In this document: positions 9,103 to 18,974 of the stretch, in pieces
How the letters are laid out: every line of letters starts with the position of its first letter
How positions within the stretch are numbered: the stretch's first letter is position 1
DNA from: Spirochaetaceae bacterium
GTDB taxonomy: Bacteria; Spirochaetota; Spirochaetia; DSM-27196; SLAA01
Length of the DNA: 60,458 nt
Assembly (NCBI GenBank): GCA_007695055.1
Contig: REEM01000110.1
Location: 1 to 60,458, forward strand
Reading direction: 5' to 3'
Notes under the pieces: model-generated
What the model was told of the DNA's origin: nothing
The model's input: the letters and a program-made list of their open reading frames with translations, nothing else
Database searches by the model: none
Program-made: the position numbers and the translations under genes

Positions 9103-12100
9103 GTGCAACCAGCAATACTTACTGCGTTTTTCGTTGGACGAGAAGAGGCCCAGACGGCGCTTAAGAACCTAAAGCGCAGGGGAAATCAACGTGTCGCGCT
9201 CATACACAAGGACTCGGGCGGCCGGGTGGAGACTCAGTCTCCGCTGCTGCAGCTTAGACTCCAGCGCGGCCTTCTTGCAGGGCATTCGCGGCTGCTTGCA
9301 ACCGATGAATCTGCACTCGTCCTGCAGGCCCCAATCGCTTCGTTGCAGAGTCCGGTGGCACAGCTGCGTGAGAGCGGTGATAGCCCGCCGCTGATCTTTG
9401 TCCTTAACCCCAAACACACCGGCATTGTCGACGACCTTGGCATTGTCGCCACACCGCTATCTCCAGTACAAATTCAGGAGCGCGCCGCGCATCTGGCCAG
9501 TACTAGCCAGGTGAGCCTCAAACCGGCCAAGGCCACGGTGCTGCTTGACCGGCTCAAGCACATGCGTGCGTGGATAGGACCGGTGTGCCGGGATCTGTCC
9601 GCGGCCGTCGCACTTGGGCAGCGTGCGACGCCCGTTGTTGAGTGGATTCTGGATAATCAGTACATCATTGACGGCAGCATTAGGGACGTGCAGCAGAATC
9701 TGTCACGCCGTTTCTACCGGGAGCTTCCGGTGTTGAGTGACGGGCCGTATCGCGGGTTACCTCGCATATACGGACTGGCACGGCAGATCGTTTCAGATAC
9801 CGGGCTGCGTCTTGATAGAGACACCATTGTTGCGTTCATAGAGGCGTACCAGTCGGTTGCTCCGCTGAGCACCGCGGAGCTGTGGGCAATTCCCCAGATG
9901 CTCCGGCTCTCACTTGTTGAAGGCATTGTCGCGCTGGCCTCCCGTGGTCTGACCGAGCTGCGAGACCGTGAGCTCGCCGACTTCTGGGCAAACAGACTGA
10001 TAACTGCTGGACGGCGAGACCCCAATCACCTGTTTCCTATGATGGCTGATCTGACCGAGCGCCATAGCACACCTAGTCCCCATTTTGCATTTCAGCTGCT
10101 GGACCATTTGTACGGAGAGGACTCTACCTCAGTACTGGTGCGGAGCTGGCTGGAACGGGCTTTTCAGCGGCCTATTGAGGATCTTAACGCCGGAGAACAG
10201 GACCGGCAGGCCAAGGAGCAGATTGCGGTTGGGAACGCCTTCACCAGTCTAAGGGAACTTGCGCAGGTAGACTGGAGAGATGTCTTTGAGCAAGTCAGTC
10301 ACATGGATCGGCTGCTGCGGCGGGATCCGGCCGGGGTTTATCCGGAAATGGATTTCGCGACACGCGACCGCTATCGGCGCGCAGTTGAGCAGTACTCACG
10401 CCGGTCCGGGAAGACGGAGCTGGAGGTCGCTCAGGCCTGTCTCGATTTGGCTTCCGAGAAGGCGACACACATAGGTGCCTATCTGGTTGGAGACGCCAAA
10501 GCGGTGCTGGCCCGCAGCTTCGGTGCCGACGAACCGCTCGGCGAGCGCCTGCGCGCCTGGGCCACCCGTCATCATACTGCGGTCTACCTCTTAGGAGTCG
10601 CCGCGGTCACTGCGCTCCTGGTTGCTTTGATTGTTCACTTTGGTCTGAACGGCCTTCCTGCAACTACCCGCGTTCTGTTCGCGCTCATTGCGCTGCTTCC
10701 GCTGAGCCAGCTTGCGGTGGAGATGGTGAACTACCTGGTCATGCGGCTCTTTCCGCCCCGTGCACTGTCAAAGATGAACTACAAAGAGTCGGGGATTCCT
10801 GACGCCTGTCGAACGCTGGTAGTTGTTCCCATGCTACTGGTGGACGAGCGCACAATTGACGAGCAGGTGGGCAAGCTCGAGATACGCTACCTGGCGAACC
10901 GGGACGCCAACCTGCTTTTCAGCCTGTTTACCGACTACATCGACTCAGATACTCAGGTCAGCGACAATGACGAACCCCTGCTGCAGCGTGCAATTGCCGG
11001 GCTTGAGGCATTGAACCGGCGCTATGGAGAGGATCGATTTCTCCTGCTCCACCGGCAGAGGGTCTGGAGCGGATCTGAACGCGCCTTCATTGGTTGGGAG
11101 CGCAAGCGCGGCAAGCTCGAGGAGCTCAACCGCCTCATTGATGGAACACGGCCCGAGGACGCTGAGCAGCTTGTCTACCTGGGTGACCCGGAGCGCCTGC
11201 GAGAGGTGCAGTTCGTTATCACGCTCGACAGTGATACCCAACTGCCAGCTGGCACTGCCCGCAGAATGGTTGAGACGCTGTCGCACCCGTTGAACCGACC
11301 GCAGATTGACGCCACAGGCGGCATAGCCGCCGGGTCTTACACCATTATACAGCCTCGCGTGAGTCCCTCTCTGCCGAGCACGAGCGGTTCCCCCTTCAGC
11401 AGACTTTTCTCGCAGGCGGTAGGTATAGACCCCTACACCCGTGTTATCTCGGACCTCAACCAGGATCTCACCGGCGAAGGCTCCTACCACGGAAAGGGCA
11501 TTTACGATGTACGGGCCTTCAGCCGGGTACTGTCGCAGCGTTTTCCTGAAGCCCGTCTGTTGAGCCATGACCTGATAGAGGGCGCCCACGTGCGGGTAGG
11601 GCTGGCGAGCGATATCGAGTTACTGGATGAGTTCCCGCAGGACTATCTGAGCTATACCACGCGGCAGCACCGCTGGATCCGGGGCGACTGGCAGATTGCG
11701 GACTGGATCTTACCCCGCGTCCCGGGTGCAGCTGGCACACATGCACCAAACTCTCTGTCCTGGTTCAACCGTTGGAAGATAACGGACAACCTACGCCGTA
11801 GTCTCATTGCTCCGGCGAGTCTGGCCCTGCTTGGGGTGGCGTGGTTTGGTACGCCGGGGACAGCCCTCATAGCCTCCATGGTCGTTGCGGCCCAGCTGCT
11901 CTTTAATACCCTCATGCCGCCACTTACCATGGCCACCACCCGTGACGGCTTCAAGTCACTCTCGCTCTCGACACTGGGCCACGACCTGCTGCGGACGCTC
12001 GCAGAGGCCTCTCTGATACCACACCAGAGCCTGCTGGCTGCCGACGCCATTGTTCGTGTGGCCTATCGTCGTCTGATATCTCACAGAAACCTGCTGGAGT

Positions 12101-15100
12101 GGACCGTCAAGCGGCCGAAGTCTCGCGCTTCCCTCACTCCCTTGGCCGGACTGTTTGTAAGTCTTGGACTCACAACCGTGGTGAGCGCCTTCGCCGGGTG
12201 GGCACTGTTCACCTGGGTGCCTGGGAGCGCTCTGTTTGCCGCGCCCTGGCTGGCGGTCTGGGTAGGCTCCCCACTCACGGTCTGGTTGCTGAGCCGCAGA
12301 CCCTCGGCACGGTCGCGTGAGGGGGCGCTTCCCGCAAATGATGTGCGGTTCCTGCGCACGGTAGCACGTCGAACCTGGCGCTACTATGACGATTTCGTCA
12401 CAAGCGAGAGTTCCTGGCTGCCTCCGGACAACTACCAGATTTCACACCAGAACCAGCTGGCTATGCGCACCAGCCCTACCAATATCGGCCTTTGGTTGCT
12501 CAGTGCAGCAGGCGCACGGGATTTCGGTTATCTGAGCGGCGACCAAGTCATTGACAGGCTGTCGGACTCAATGAAGACCATTGCTGGCATGGAGCGTTTT
12601 GCGGGCCATTTGCTGAACTGGTATGACATTCAGACACTGCAGCCACTTGAACCCCGCTACGTGTCGACTGTGGACAGCGGCAACCTGCTGGGCTCGCTCT
12701 GGTCACTCGAGCACGGGCTCAAGGCGATCATTGACAGCTCCGTTCTGGATGCGTCGGCGGCTGCGGGTTTGCTGGACACGGTGGAGATACTGAGAGAGAG
12801 CACCGTTGGCGGAAGCCCGCTCGGCAGACTCCCGGCAGGCACGAGTACCGGAGAGCGCTCACTCCATGACAGACTCAGGAAGCTGACCAATCTGCTCTCA
12901 CCTGAGTCTGAGAACACCACCGATGCCGTCCTGGTATTGCGGCAGGTACAGGGGCTCGTTGACGAGATCTCGCTCGGAGCAAATACAGCAGGCGCAGCGG
13001 ACACCGCGGGTACCGCAGGCGCAGCAGACATCGCAGACACCCCCGAGTCTGCCCAGCCGTCTGCCTACTGGCTGGGGCAGGTGAAGAGCCAGGTATCGGC
13101 CTGGCTCGCGAGCTGCGACCGCTACCTGAGATGGGTTGAGATTGCTGGCGAGCGCAGCCCCGACGACCTTAAGCTGCTTGGCGAGGACGCCGTTGAGCTT
13201 ATCCGTCACGACTTGAAGCGTGCACCGTCGCTGACTCGGCTTGCTACTGGCGACATCGCCTCTATTCATATGTTGTCAGAAAAGCGAAAGCTACCGGAAG
13301 TGGCCGAAAGCCGCCTTGCACCATGGATAGACCGAGTGATACAGGCCTTCCAAGAATCTCAGTGGATGGCCGGTGAAAAACTTGCTATGGCCCGGCAGCT
13401 CATAGGAGATGTGCGGAAGTTCTCTGCGTCCATGGACATGCGCTTTCTCTATGACCCACGGTGCAAGCTCTTTCGTATTGGCTTTAACGTGAGCGAGCAC
13501 CGCCCGGATAGCGCGCACTATGACCTGCTTGCAAGCGAGGCGCGACTCGGCAGCTTTGTTGCGGTTGCACGGGGTGAGGTACCAATTGAACACTGGTTCT
13601 CCATGGGACGTCCGCACGCGAGCATTGGCCGTCGCCACGTTCTGCTCAGCTGGACCGGAACCATGTTTGAGTACCTCATGCCGCTGTTGCTGCTGCGCTC
13701 CTACGAGAACTCGCTGCTGGACAAGGCCGCCGCCGAGGCGGTAGCAATACAAATTGAGTACGGCCGCAAACGCCGCCTTCCGTGGGGCATTTCGGAGTCG
13801 GCATTCTCGGACCTGGACATCAACAAGACCTATCAGTACAAGGCCTTTGGTATTCCACGACTTGGACTGAAGCGGGGAGTGGACAAGGAACTGGTTGTAG
13901 CACCCTATGCGTGTTTGCTCGCGCTGGGGATAGCGACCAAGGCAACGCTGAAGAACCTTCGGCGGCTGGGTGCCCTGGGGCTGCTGAACGAGTACGGCTA
14001 TTACGACGCCATTGATTACAGTCGTCAGGCGAACCGTGAAGGCAAGCGCGGCGTGTTGGTGCAGACCTACATGTCGCACCATGAAGGAATGAGCTTTCTT
14101 GCATTAAACAACTTCCTGCATGCAGGCGTAGTGCGAACTCATTTCCACCAAGACCCGCGCGTGCGCGCGTTTGAGCCTCTGCTGCACGAGAGCATCCCGA
14201 CAGGTTTGTCGCGATATCTGACGACACGTGCTCCGGAAACCGTGGTGGAGAGCGTGAGCGAGTTCTCACCGGTGGTCAGCCGGTTTGACACGCCCAATAC
14301 CACCAGGCCAAAAACCCAGCTTCTGGGCAACGGGCACTACTCACTCATGCTCACCAACGCTGGTGGTGGATACAGCCAATGGGGCAACGTTGAGTTGAAC
14401 CGCTGGCGAGCCGACACCACCCGCGATGCGGGTGGTCTGCTCTGCTATATCCACGAACCCGAGGCCAGCCGACTCTGGTCCAACACCTACCACCCTGTCA
14501 ACGGAAAGTTTGAGTCGTACAGCGCCGACTTCACGGCCGACCGTGCCGTGATTCGCCGCATTGACAACGGAATTGACGTCAAGACCGAGATCGTTGTCTC
14601 GCCTGAGGATGACGTAGAGATACGACGCATCACGCTCACCAACAGGTCGCTCCGCAGCCGCCGTCTCGAGCTCACGAGCTACATCGAACTCTCACTCGCA
14701 CCGCACCGGCAGGATCTTCAGCATCCGGCCTTCAACAAGTTGTTCATTCAGACCGAGGCAATTCCGGAACACCAAGCCCTCATTGCGTATCGCCGCCCTC
14801 GCCGCGAGGATGATGCACCGGTCTTTGCGGGCCACCGGCTGAGCTACCACAACGCAGAGGATGCGGAGAACGCCGAGCTGCGTTTTGAGACCGACCGTGC
14901 TGCCTTTATTGGACGTGGGCACGGCTTGGAGAATCCGGTGGGGGCAGTATCCGAGCCGGGCGGAGGGCAGGGCTATGTGCTTGACCCAATTCTCAGTCTG
15001 CGCGCAGGTGTGGCTTTGGCTCCCGGCGAGCAGCAGCAGATCTCCCTCATTCTGGTCGCGGGCGAGTCACGGCAGCTTGTTCTTGATCTGTTGGACAAGT

Positions 15101-18100
15101 ATGACGACCCGCATGCAATTGAACGGGCAATGGACTTTGCCTGGGCTTCGGCACAGATAGAGTTGCGCTCACTCCGAATACAGCCGGATGAGGCGCGCCG
15201 CTTCCAGCAGATTGCGAGTCACTTGCTTATTCCCAACTCCCGAATGCGCGCGACGACACAGCTCATTGTGGAGAACCGCAAAGGTCAGTCTGCTTTGTGG
15301 CCCTATGGGATTTCGGGAGATGTACCGATTGTCCTTCTCAGCATAGCCGACATTCGGGATGTCGGACTGGTTCTTCAAATGCTGCGTGCGCACTCCTACT
15401 GGCTTTTGCGCGGTTTCGCTGCCGACCTGGTGATACTGAACGAGGAGGCAAGTGGGTACGAGAACCCGCTCCGCACCCATCTTGAAGGGTTGGTGCGAGG
15501 ACATGGCCCTGGAGCATTTTTGGTTGGCGCGGATCAAGTACCGCATGAGGATCTTGTGCTGCTGAACGCAGCAGCTCGTGTGGTACTGGTAGCCGCCCGT
15601 GGTTCATTGCCACAGCAACTGGGGGTTGCGGTGGGTATTTCTGAGCTTCCGGCGCTCTTTGCCGGAAAGCGGACGGCCGCCTATGCTTCGGCCGAGCTTC
15701 CTTTCATGGAGCTTCATTACTTCAACGGTCTCGGTGGTTTCGCTGACGGTGGGCGTGAGTACGTCATCTATCTGGGCGCGGGGGCTCAGACCCCGGCACC
15801 CTGGGTCAACATTATGGCCAACCCAAGCTTTGGAACGCTGGTAGGCGAGACCGGAGCAGGCTTTAGCTGGTACGGCAACAGTCAACGCAACCGTCTCAAT
15901 GACTGGTCCAATGATCCGGTCGTTGATCCTGCCTCCGAGGCAATCTACATTCGTGACGAGGAAAGTGGGGCGTACTGGTCTCCGACGGCTTCACCAATTC
16001 GGGAGAACTCCGCCTACCGCGCGCGGCACGGGGCCGGATACACCGTATTCGAGCACAACAGCCACGGCATAGAGCAGGAACTGACGGTCTTTGTACCACT
16101 GGATGCAGACGGCGGTGAGCCGCTCAAGCTGCAACGGCTACGCCTGAAGAATACCGGTCAGAGGGTGCGAACGCTTTCTGTGACTCACTACCTGGAGTGG
16201 ACCTTGGGTGAGAACCGGGAGTCCTCGGGAATGCATGTTACGACTTCTTGGGATGATAGTATTTCCGCTCTCCTGGCTCGCAACCGCTATCACCCCGAGT
16301 ACGGGGAGCGTCTGGCCTTTGCTGCAATGACACCCGAGGCAAGCTCGTACAGCGCAGACCGTACAAGCTTCCTGGGAAGAAACCGTTCACCAGCGCGGCC
16401 GGTAGCCATGGAGCGCACCGCCCTTTCATTGCGGGTTGGCGCAGGCTTTGACCCGTGCTCGGCGCTGCAAACCACGGTCTCGGTAGCCCCTGGAGCCACC
16501 GCCGAGCTTGTCATTATGGTGGGCGAGGGCGAGTCACTTGCGCAGGTACGGGAGCTCGTGCTTGCCTATAGGAGCGCGGCCGCCTTTGAGACCGCACTGC
16601 TGCGAACACAGGCATGGTGGGACGAGCTACTAGGAACGGTAGAGGTAGAGACTCCAGAGCATGCGGCGAACTTTCTCATTAACCGTTGGCTGCTGTATCA
16701 AAGCTTGAGCTGCCGCATGTGGGGACGCTCCGCTACCTACCAGTCAGGCGGAGCCTTTGGATTTCGGGATCAACTGCAGGACTCCATGGCCTTTGTCTAT
16801 GCCCGCCCGGAAATTGCGCGTGAGCAAATTCTGGTGGCCGCGTCGCGGCAGTTTGCCGAGGGTGATGTGCAGCACTGGTGGCATCCACCCGGGGGCGCAG
16901 GAATTCGTTCTCGCATCTCCGACGATCTCCTTTGGCTCCCGTATGTGGTTGCACACTACATACGGGTTACCGGCGACCACACGGTACTTTCAGAGCAGGC
17001 GCCCTTCCTTGACGCGCCGCAGCTGGAAGCGTCGGAGCATGAAGTGTTCTCCATGCCGAATGTCGGCTCCGAGCATGCTACGATTTTCGAACACTGCAAG
17101 CGGGCAGTAGAGCGGGGGCTCACAAGCGGCCCGCATGGGTTGCCGCTGATGGGCACCGGCGACTGGAACGACGGTATGAACCTTGTTGGCGCCGAGGGCA
17201 CCGGCGAGAGCGTCTGGCTTGCCTGGTTCCTGGTAGTTGTCTTGCATGGCATGCAGGAGCTGTGCGCCCTTCAAGGCGAGGTGCAGCTGGGCCGCTCCTA
17301 TGAGCAAAAGAGAGCAGCCTTGATAGGGCGTGTAGAGGCGACGGCGTGGGACGGTGATTGGTACCTGCGGGCATTCTTTGACAACGGCATGCCACTCGGG
17401 TCGGCGGCAAACTCTGAGGCAAGAATAGACTCCTTGCCCCAGTCCTGGGCACGTTTGAGTGGTGCTGGCAATGAGAGCCGCACGCAGACAGCCATGGAGT
17501 CAGCCTGGGAGCAGCTCGTGCGCCCGGATGAGGCCTTGGTTTTGCTCTTTGATCCGCCCTTTGACGTGAGTGAGCCGTCACCCGGTTACATCCGAGGCTA
17601 TCCGCCCGGCGTGCGCGAGAACGGCGGGCAGTACACGCATGCCGCACTCTGGTTTGCCATGGCCATGGCGCGTGGTGGCGACGGCGAGCGGGCGGCGGAA
17701 ATGCTGCGGCTGCTGAACCCTATTGAGCAAACTCGGGACCAGGAGGCGGCGTGGCGCTACGGGGTTGAGCCCTACGTGATAGCGGCGGACGTCTACCGCT
17801 TACCGGGCCGAATTGGTCGTGGTGGCTGGTCGTGGTATACCGGCTCGGCGGCATGGATGTACCGGGCATGGCTTGAGGAGGTGATAGGACTGCAGATCCG
17901 CGCCGACGAAATGCGTCTGGATCCGGTTATCCCGGCATGGTGGGACGGCTTTAGCCTGCGATATCGTCATGGTTCGGCCGTCTACGAGGTGCAGGTGAAA
18001 AACCCGCACCACTGCGAACGAGGCGTGGCGAGCATAGAGATGAATGGACAGCCGGTGGCTGGCTGCGTCATTGGCCTGGAGCGCCACCCGGTACTGCACC

Positions 18101-18159
18101 AGGTTCTTGTGATCATGGGCGATCCGGAACGAGTTTTAGGCCTCGAGCACGTCAGGTAA
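9103..18159 (+). CDS. cgs: Cyclic beta-1,2-glucan synthase (GT84 + cyclisation domain + GH94 phosphorylase)
   Basis: EWILDN, GWERKRGKL, ITLDSDT, YHGKGIYD, LLSHDLIEG, RQHRWIRGDWQ, WLPPDNYQ, YDLLASEARL, PWGISES, YQSGGAFGFRDQLQD, GDWNDG, RENGGQYTH, WYTGSA. Confidence 0.93.
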   Translation: MQPAILTAFFVGREEAQTALKNLKRRGNQRVALIHKDSGGRVETQSPLLQLRLQRGLLAGHSRLLATDESALVLQAPIASLQSPVAQLRESGDSPPLIFVLNPKHTGIVDDLGIVATPLSPVQIQERAAHLASTSQVSLKPAKATVLLDRLKHMRAWIGPVCRDLSAAVALGQRATPVVEWILDNQYIIDGSIRDVQQNLSRRFYRELPVLSDGPYRGLPRIYGLARQIVSDTGLRLDRDTIVAFIEAYQSVAPLSTAELWAIPQMLRLSLVEGIVALASRGLTELRDRELADFWANRLITAGRRDPNHLFPMMADLTERHSTPSPHFAFQLLDHLYGEDSTSVLVRSWLERAFQRPIEDLNAGEQDRQAKEQIAVGNAFTSLRELAQVDWRDVFEQVSHMDRLLRRDPAGVYPEMDFATRDRYRRAVEQYSRRSGKTELEVAQACLDLASEKATHIGAYLVGDAKAVLARSFGADEPLGERLRAWATRHHTAVYLLGVAAVTALLVALIVHFGLNGLPATTRVLFALIALLPLSQLAVEMVNYLVMRLFPPRALSKMNYKESGIPDACRTLVVVPMLLVDERTIDEQVGKLEIRYLANRDANLLFSLFTDYIDSDTQVSDNDEPLLQRAIAGLEALNRRYGEDRFLLLHRQRVWSGSERAFIGWERKRGKLEELNRLIDGTRPEDAEQLVYLGDPERLREVQFVITLDSDTQLPAGTARRMVETLSHPLNRPQIDATGGIAAGSYTIIQPRVSPSLPSTSGSPFSRLFSQAVGIDPYTRVISDLNQDLTGEGSYHGKGIYDVRAFSRVLSQRFPEARLLSHDLIEGAHVRVGLASDIELLDEFPQDYLSYTTRQHRWIRGDWQIADWILPRVPGAAGTHAPNSLSWFNRWKITDNLRRSLIAPASLALLGVAWFGTPGTALIASMVVAAQLLFNTLMPPLTMATTRDGFKSLSLSTLGHDLLRTLAEASLIPHQSLLAADAIVRVAYRRLISHRNLLEWTVKRPKSRASLTPLAGLFVSLGLTTVVSAFAGWALFTWVPGSALFAAPWLAVWVGSPLTVWLLSRRPSARSREGALPANDVRFLRTVARRTWRYYDDFVTSESSWLPPDNYQISHQNQLAMRTSPTNIGLWLLSAAGARDFGYLSGDQVIDRLSDSMKTIAGMERFAGHLLNWYDIQTLQPLEPRYVSTVDSGNLLGSLWSLEHGLKAIIDSSVLDASAAAGLLDTVEILRESTVGGSPLGRLPAGTSTGERSLHDRLRKLTNLLSPESENTTDAVLVLRQVQGLVDEISLGANTAGAADTAGTAGAADIADTPESAQPSAYWLGQVKSQVSAWLASCDRYLRWVEIAGERSPDDLKLLGEDAVELIRHDLKRAPSLTRLATGDIASIHMLSEKRKLPEVAESRLAPWIDRVIQAFQESQWMAGEKLAMARQLIGDVRKFSASMDMRFLYDPRCKLFRIGFNVSEHRPDSAHYDLLASEARLGSFVAVARGEVPIEHWFSMGRPHASIGRRHVLLSWTGTMFEYLMPLLLLRSYENSLLDKAAAEAVAIQIEYGRKRRLPWGISESAFSDLDINKTYQYKAFGIPRLGLKRGVDKELVVAPYACLLALGIATKATLKNLRRLGALGLLNEYGYYDAIDYSRQANREGKRGVLVQTYMSHHEGMSFLALNNFLHAGVVRTHFHQDPRVRAFEPLLHESIPTGLSRYLTTRAPETVVESVSEFSPVVSRFDTPNTTRPKTQLLGNGHYSLMLTNAGGGYSQWGNVELNRWRADTTRDAGGLLCYIHEPEASRLWSNTYHPVNGKFESYSADFTADRAVIRRIDNGIDVKTEIVVSPEDDVEIRRITLTNRSLRSRRLELTSYIELSLAPHRQDLQHPAFNKLFIQTEAIPEHQALIAYRRPRREDDAPVFAGHRLSYHNAEDAENAELRFETDRAAFIGRGHGLENPVGAVSEPGGGQGYVLDPILSLRAGVALAPGEQQQISLILVAGESRQLVLDLLDKYDDPHAIERAMDFAWASAQIELRSLRIQPDEARRFQQIASHLLIPNSRMRATTQLIVENRKGQSALWPYGISGDVPIVLLSIADIRDVGLVLQMLRAHSYWLLRGFAADLVILNEEASGYENPLRTHLEGLVRGHGPGAFLVGADQVPHEDLVLLNAAARVVLVAARGSLPQQLGVAVGISELPALFAGKRTAAYASAELPFMELHYFNGLGGFADGGREYVIYLGAGAQTPAPWVNIMANPSFGTLVGETGAGFSWYGNSQRNRLNDWSNDPVVDPASEAIYIRDEESGAYWSPTASPIRENSAYRARHGAGYTVFEHNSHGIEQELTVFVPLDADGGEPLKLQRLRLKNTGQRVRTLSVTHYLEWTLGENRESSGMHVTTSWDDSISALLARNRYHPEYGERLAFAAMTPEASSYSADRTSFLGRNRSPARPVAMERTALSLRVGAGFDPCSALQTTVSVAPGATAELVIMVGEGESLAQVRELVLAYRSAAAFETALLRTQAWWDELLGTVEVETPEHAANFLINRWLLYQSLSCRMWGRSATYQSGGAFGFRDQLQDSMAFVYARPEIAREQILVAASRQFAEGDVQHWWHPPGGAGIRSRISDDLLWLPYVVAHYIRVTGDHTVLSEQAPFLDAPQLEASEHEVFSMPNVGSEHATIFEHCKRAVERGLTSGPHGLPLMGTGDWNDGMNLVGAEGTGESVWLAWFLVVVLHGMQELCALQGEVQLGRSYEQKRAALIGRVEATAWDGDWYLRAFFDNGMPLGSAANSEARIDSLPQSWARLSGAGNESRTQTAMESAWEQLVRPDEALVLLFDPPFDVSEPSPGYIRGYPPGVRENGGQYTHAALWFAMAMARGGDGERAAEMLRLLNPIEQTRDQEAAWRYGVEPYVIAADVYRLPGRIGRGGWSWYTGSAAWMYRAWLEEVIGLQIRADEMRLDPVIPAWWDGFSLRYRHGSAVYEVQVKNPHHCERGVASIEMNGQPVAGCVIGLERHPVLHQVLVIMGDPERVLGLEHVR
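12985..13041 (+). repeat. Imperfect 9-nt-unit tandem repeat within cgs encoding TAGAADTAGTAGAADIADT
   Basis: acagcaggc gcagcggac accgcgggt accgcaggc gcagcagac atcgcagac. Confidence 0.7.
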
Positions 18160-18870
18160 TAGGCGGGCGAACTCGGTTCTCACAACCTCGTAGCACTCGC
18201 ACACCCGAGCCTCGAGTCCTGGACGGTCCAGCACCGTAATGTGGCCGCGTTGGTAGTTTATGAGCCCGGCTTTTTGAAGCTTGCCTGCGGCCTCGGTTAC
18301 TCCTTCACGCCGAACGCCGAGCATGTTGGCTATGAGTTCCTGGGTCATGCTGAGCTCATTAGACGGCAAGCGGTCCAGGCTCAGGAGGAGCCAGCGACAG
18401 AGTTGTTGATCTACAGAGTGGTGTCGGTTACAGACCGCGGTCTGGGCCATTTGAGTGAGCAGTGCTAAGGTGTACCGTAAGAGCAGGTGCTGCACGGCGC
18501 CCGAACGGGCGAACTCCGCATTTAGTATCGATCCCTTCAAGCGGTATGCGTGCCCAGCGCTCTGCACTACTGCACGGTTTGGCATGGTCTGCCCGCCCAT
18601 GAACAGCGCAATTCCGACAATCCCTTCCTTACCGACGACCGCAATCTCTGCGGACGCTCCGTCTTCCATAACATATAAAAGCGACACAATAGAGTCGGTG
18701 GGGAAGTAGACCCAGTCGAGTTGGCCTCCTGATTCATAGAGCACCTCACCAAGTGGCAGTGGTACCAGCTCCAGGTACTCGGCAATGCGCTCGTACTCCG
18801 GCCTTTTCAGAACGGCAAGAAGACGGTTTTCACGCGGTGCGGGTTTCGAGTCCTGGCTTAGTTCGGACAT
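18136..18870 (-). CDS. Crp/Fnr-family transcriptional regulator
   Basis: cNMP-like domain (ENRLLA..VYFPTDSIVSLL..VGKEG) and HTH TQELIANMLGVRREGVTEAA; converges on cgs with a 24-nt overlap. Confidence 0.92.
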   Translation of the reverse strand: MSELSQDSKPAPRENRLLAVLKRPEYERIAEYLELVPLPLGEVLYESGGQLDWVYFPTDSIVSLLYVMEDGASAEIAVVGKEGIVGIALFMGGQTMPNRAVVQSAGHAYRLKGSILNAEFARSGAVQHLLLRYTLALLTQMAQTAVCNRHHSVDQQLCRWLLLSLDRLPSNELSMTQELIANMLGVRREGVTEAAGKLQKAGLINYQRGHITVLDRPGLEARVCECYEVVRTEFARLLPDVLEA

Positions 18871-18974
18871 TGCACGGCCTCCAATCGGAAAAGTAGTAGG
18901 TGGGGAAAAAAGAATCAAGTGAAGCTCATGCAGCAGCTTGCGCAGAGGTCGGCATGTACAGGGCCATCGCAGTG

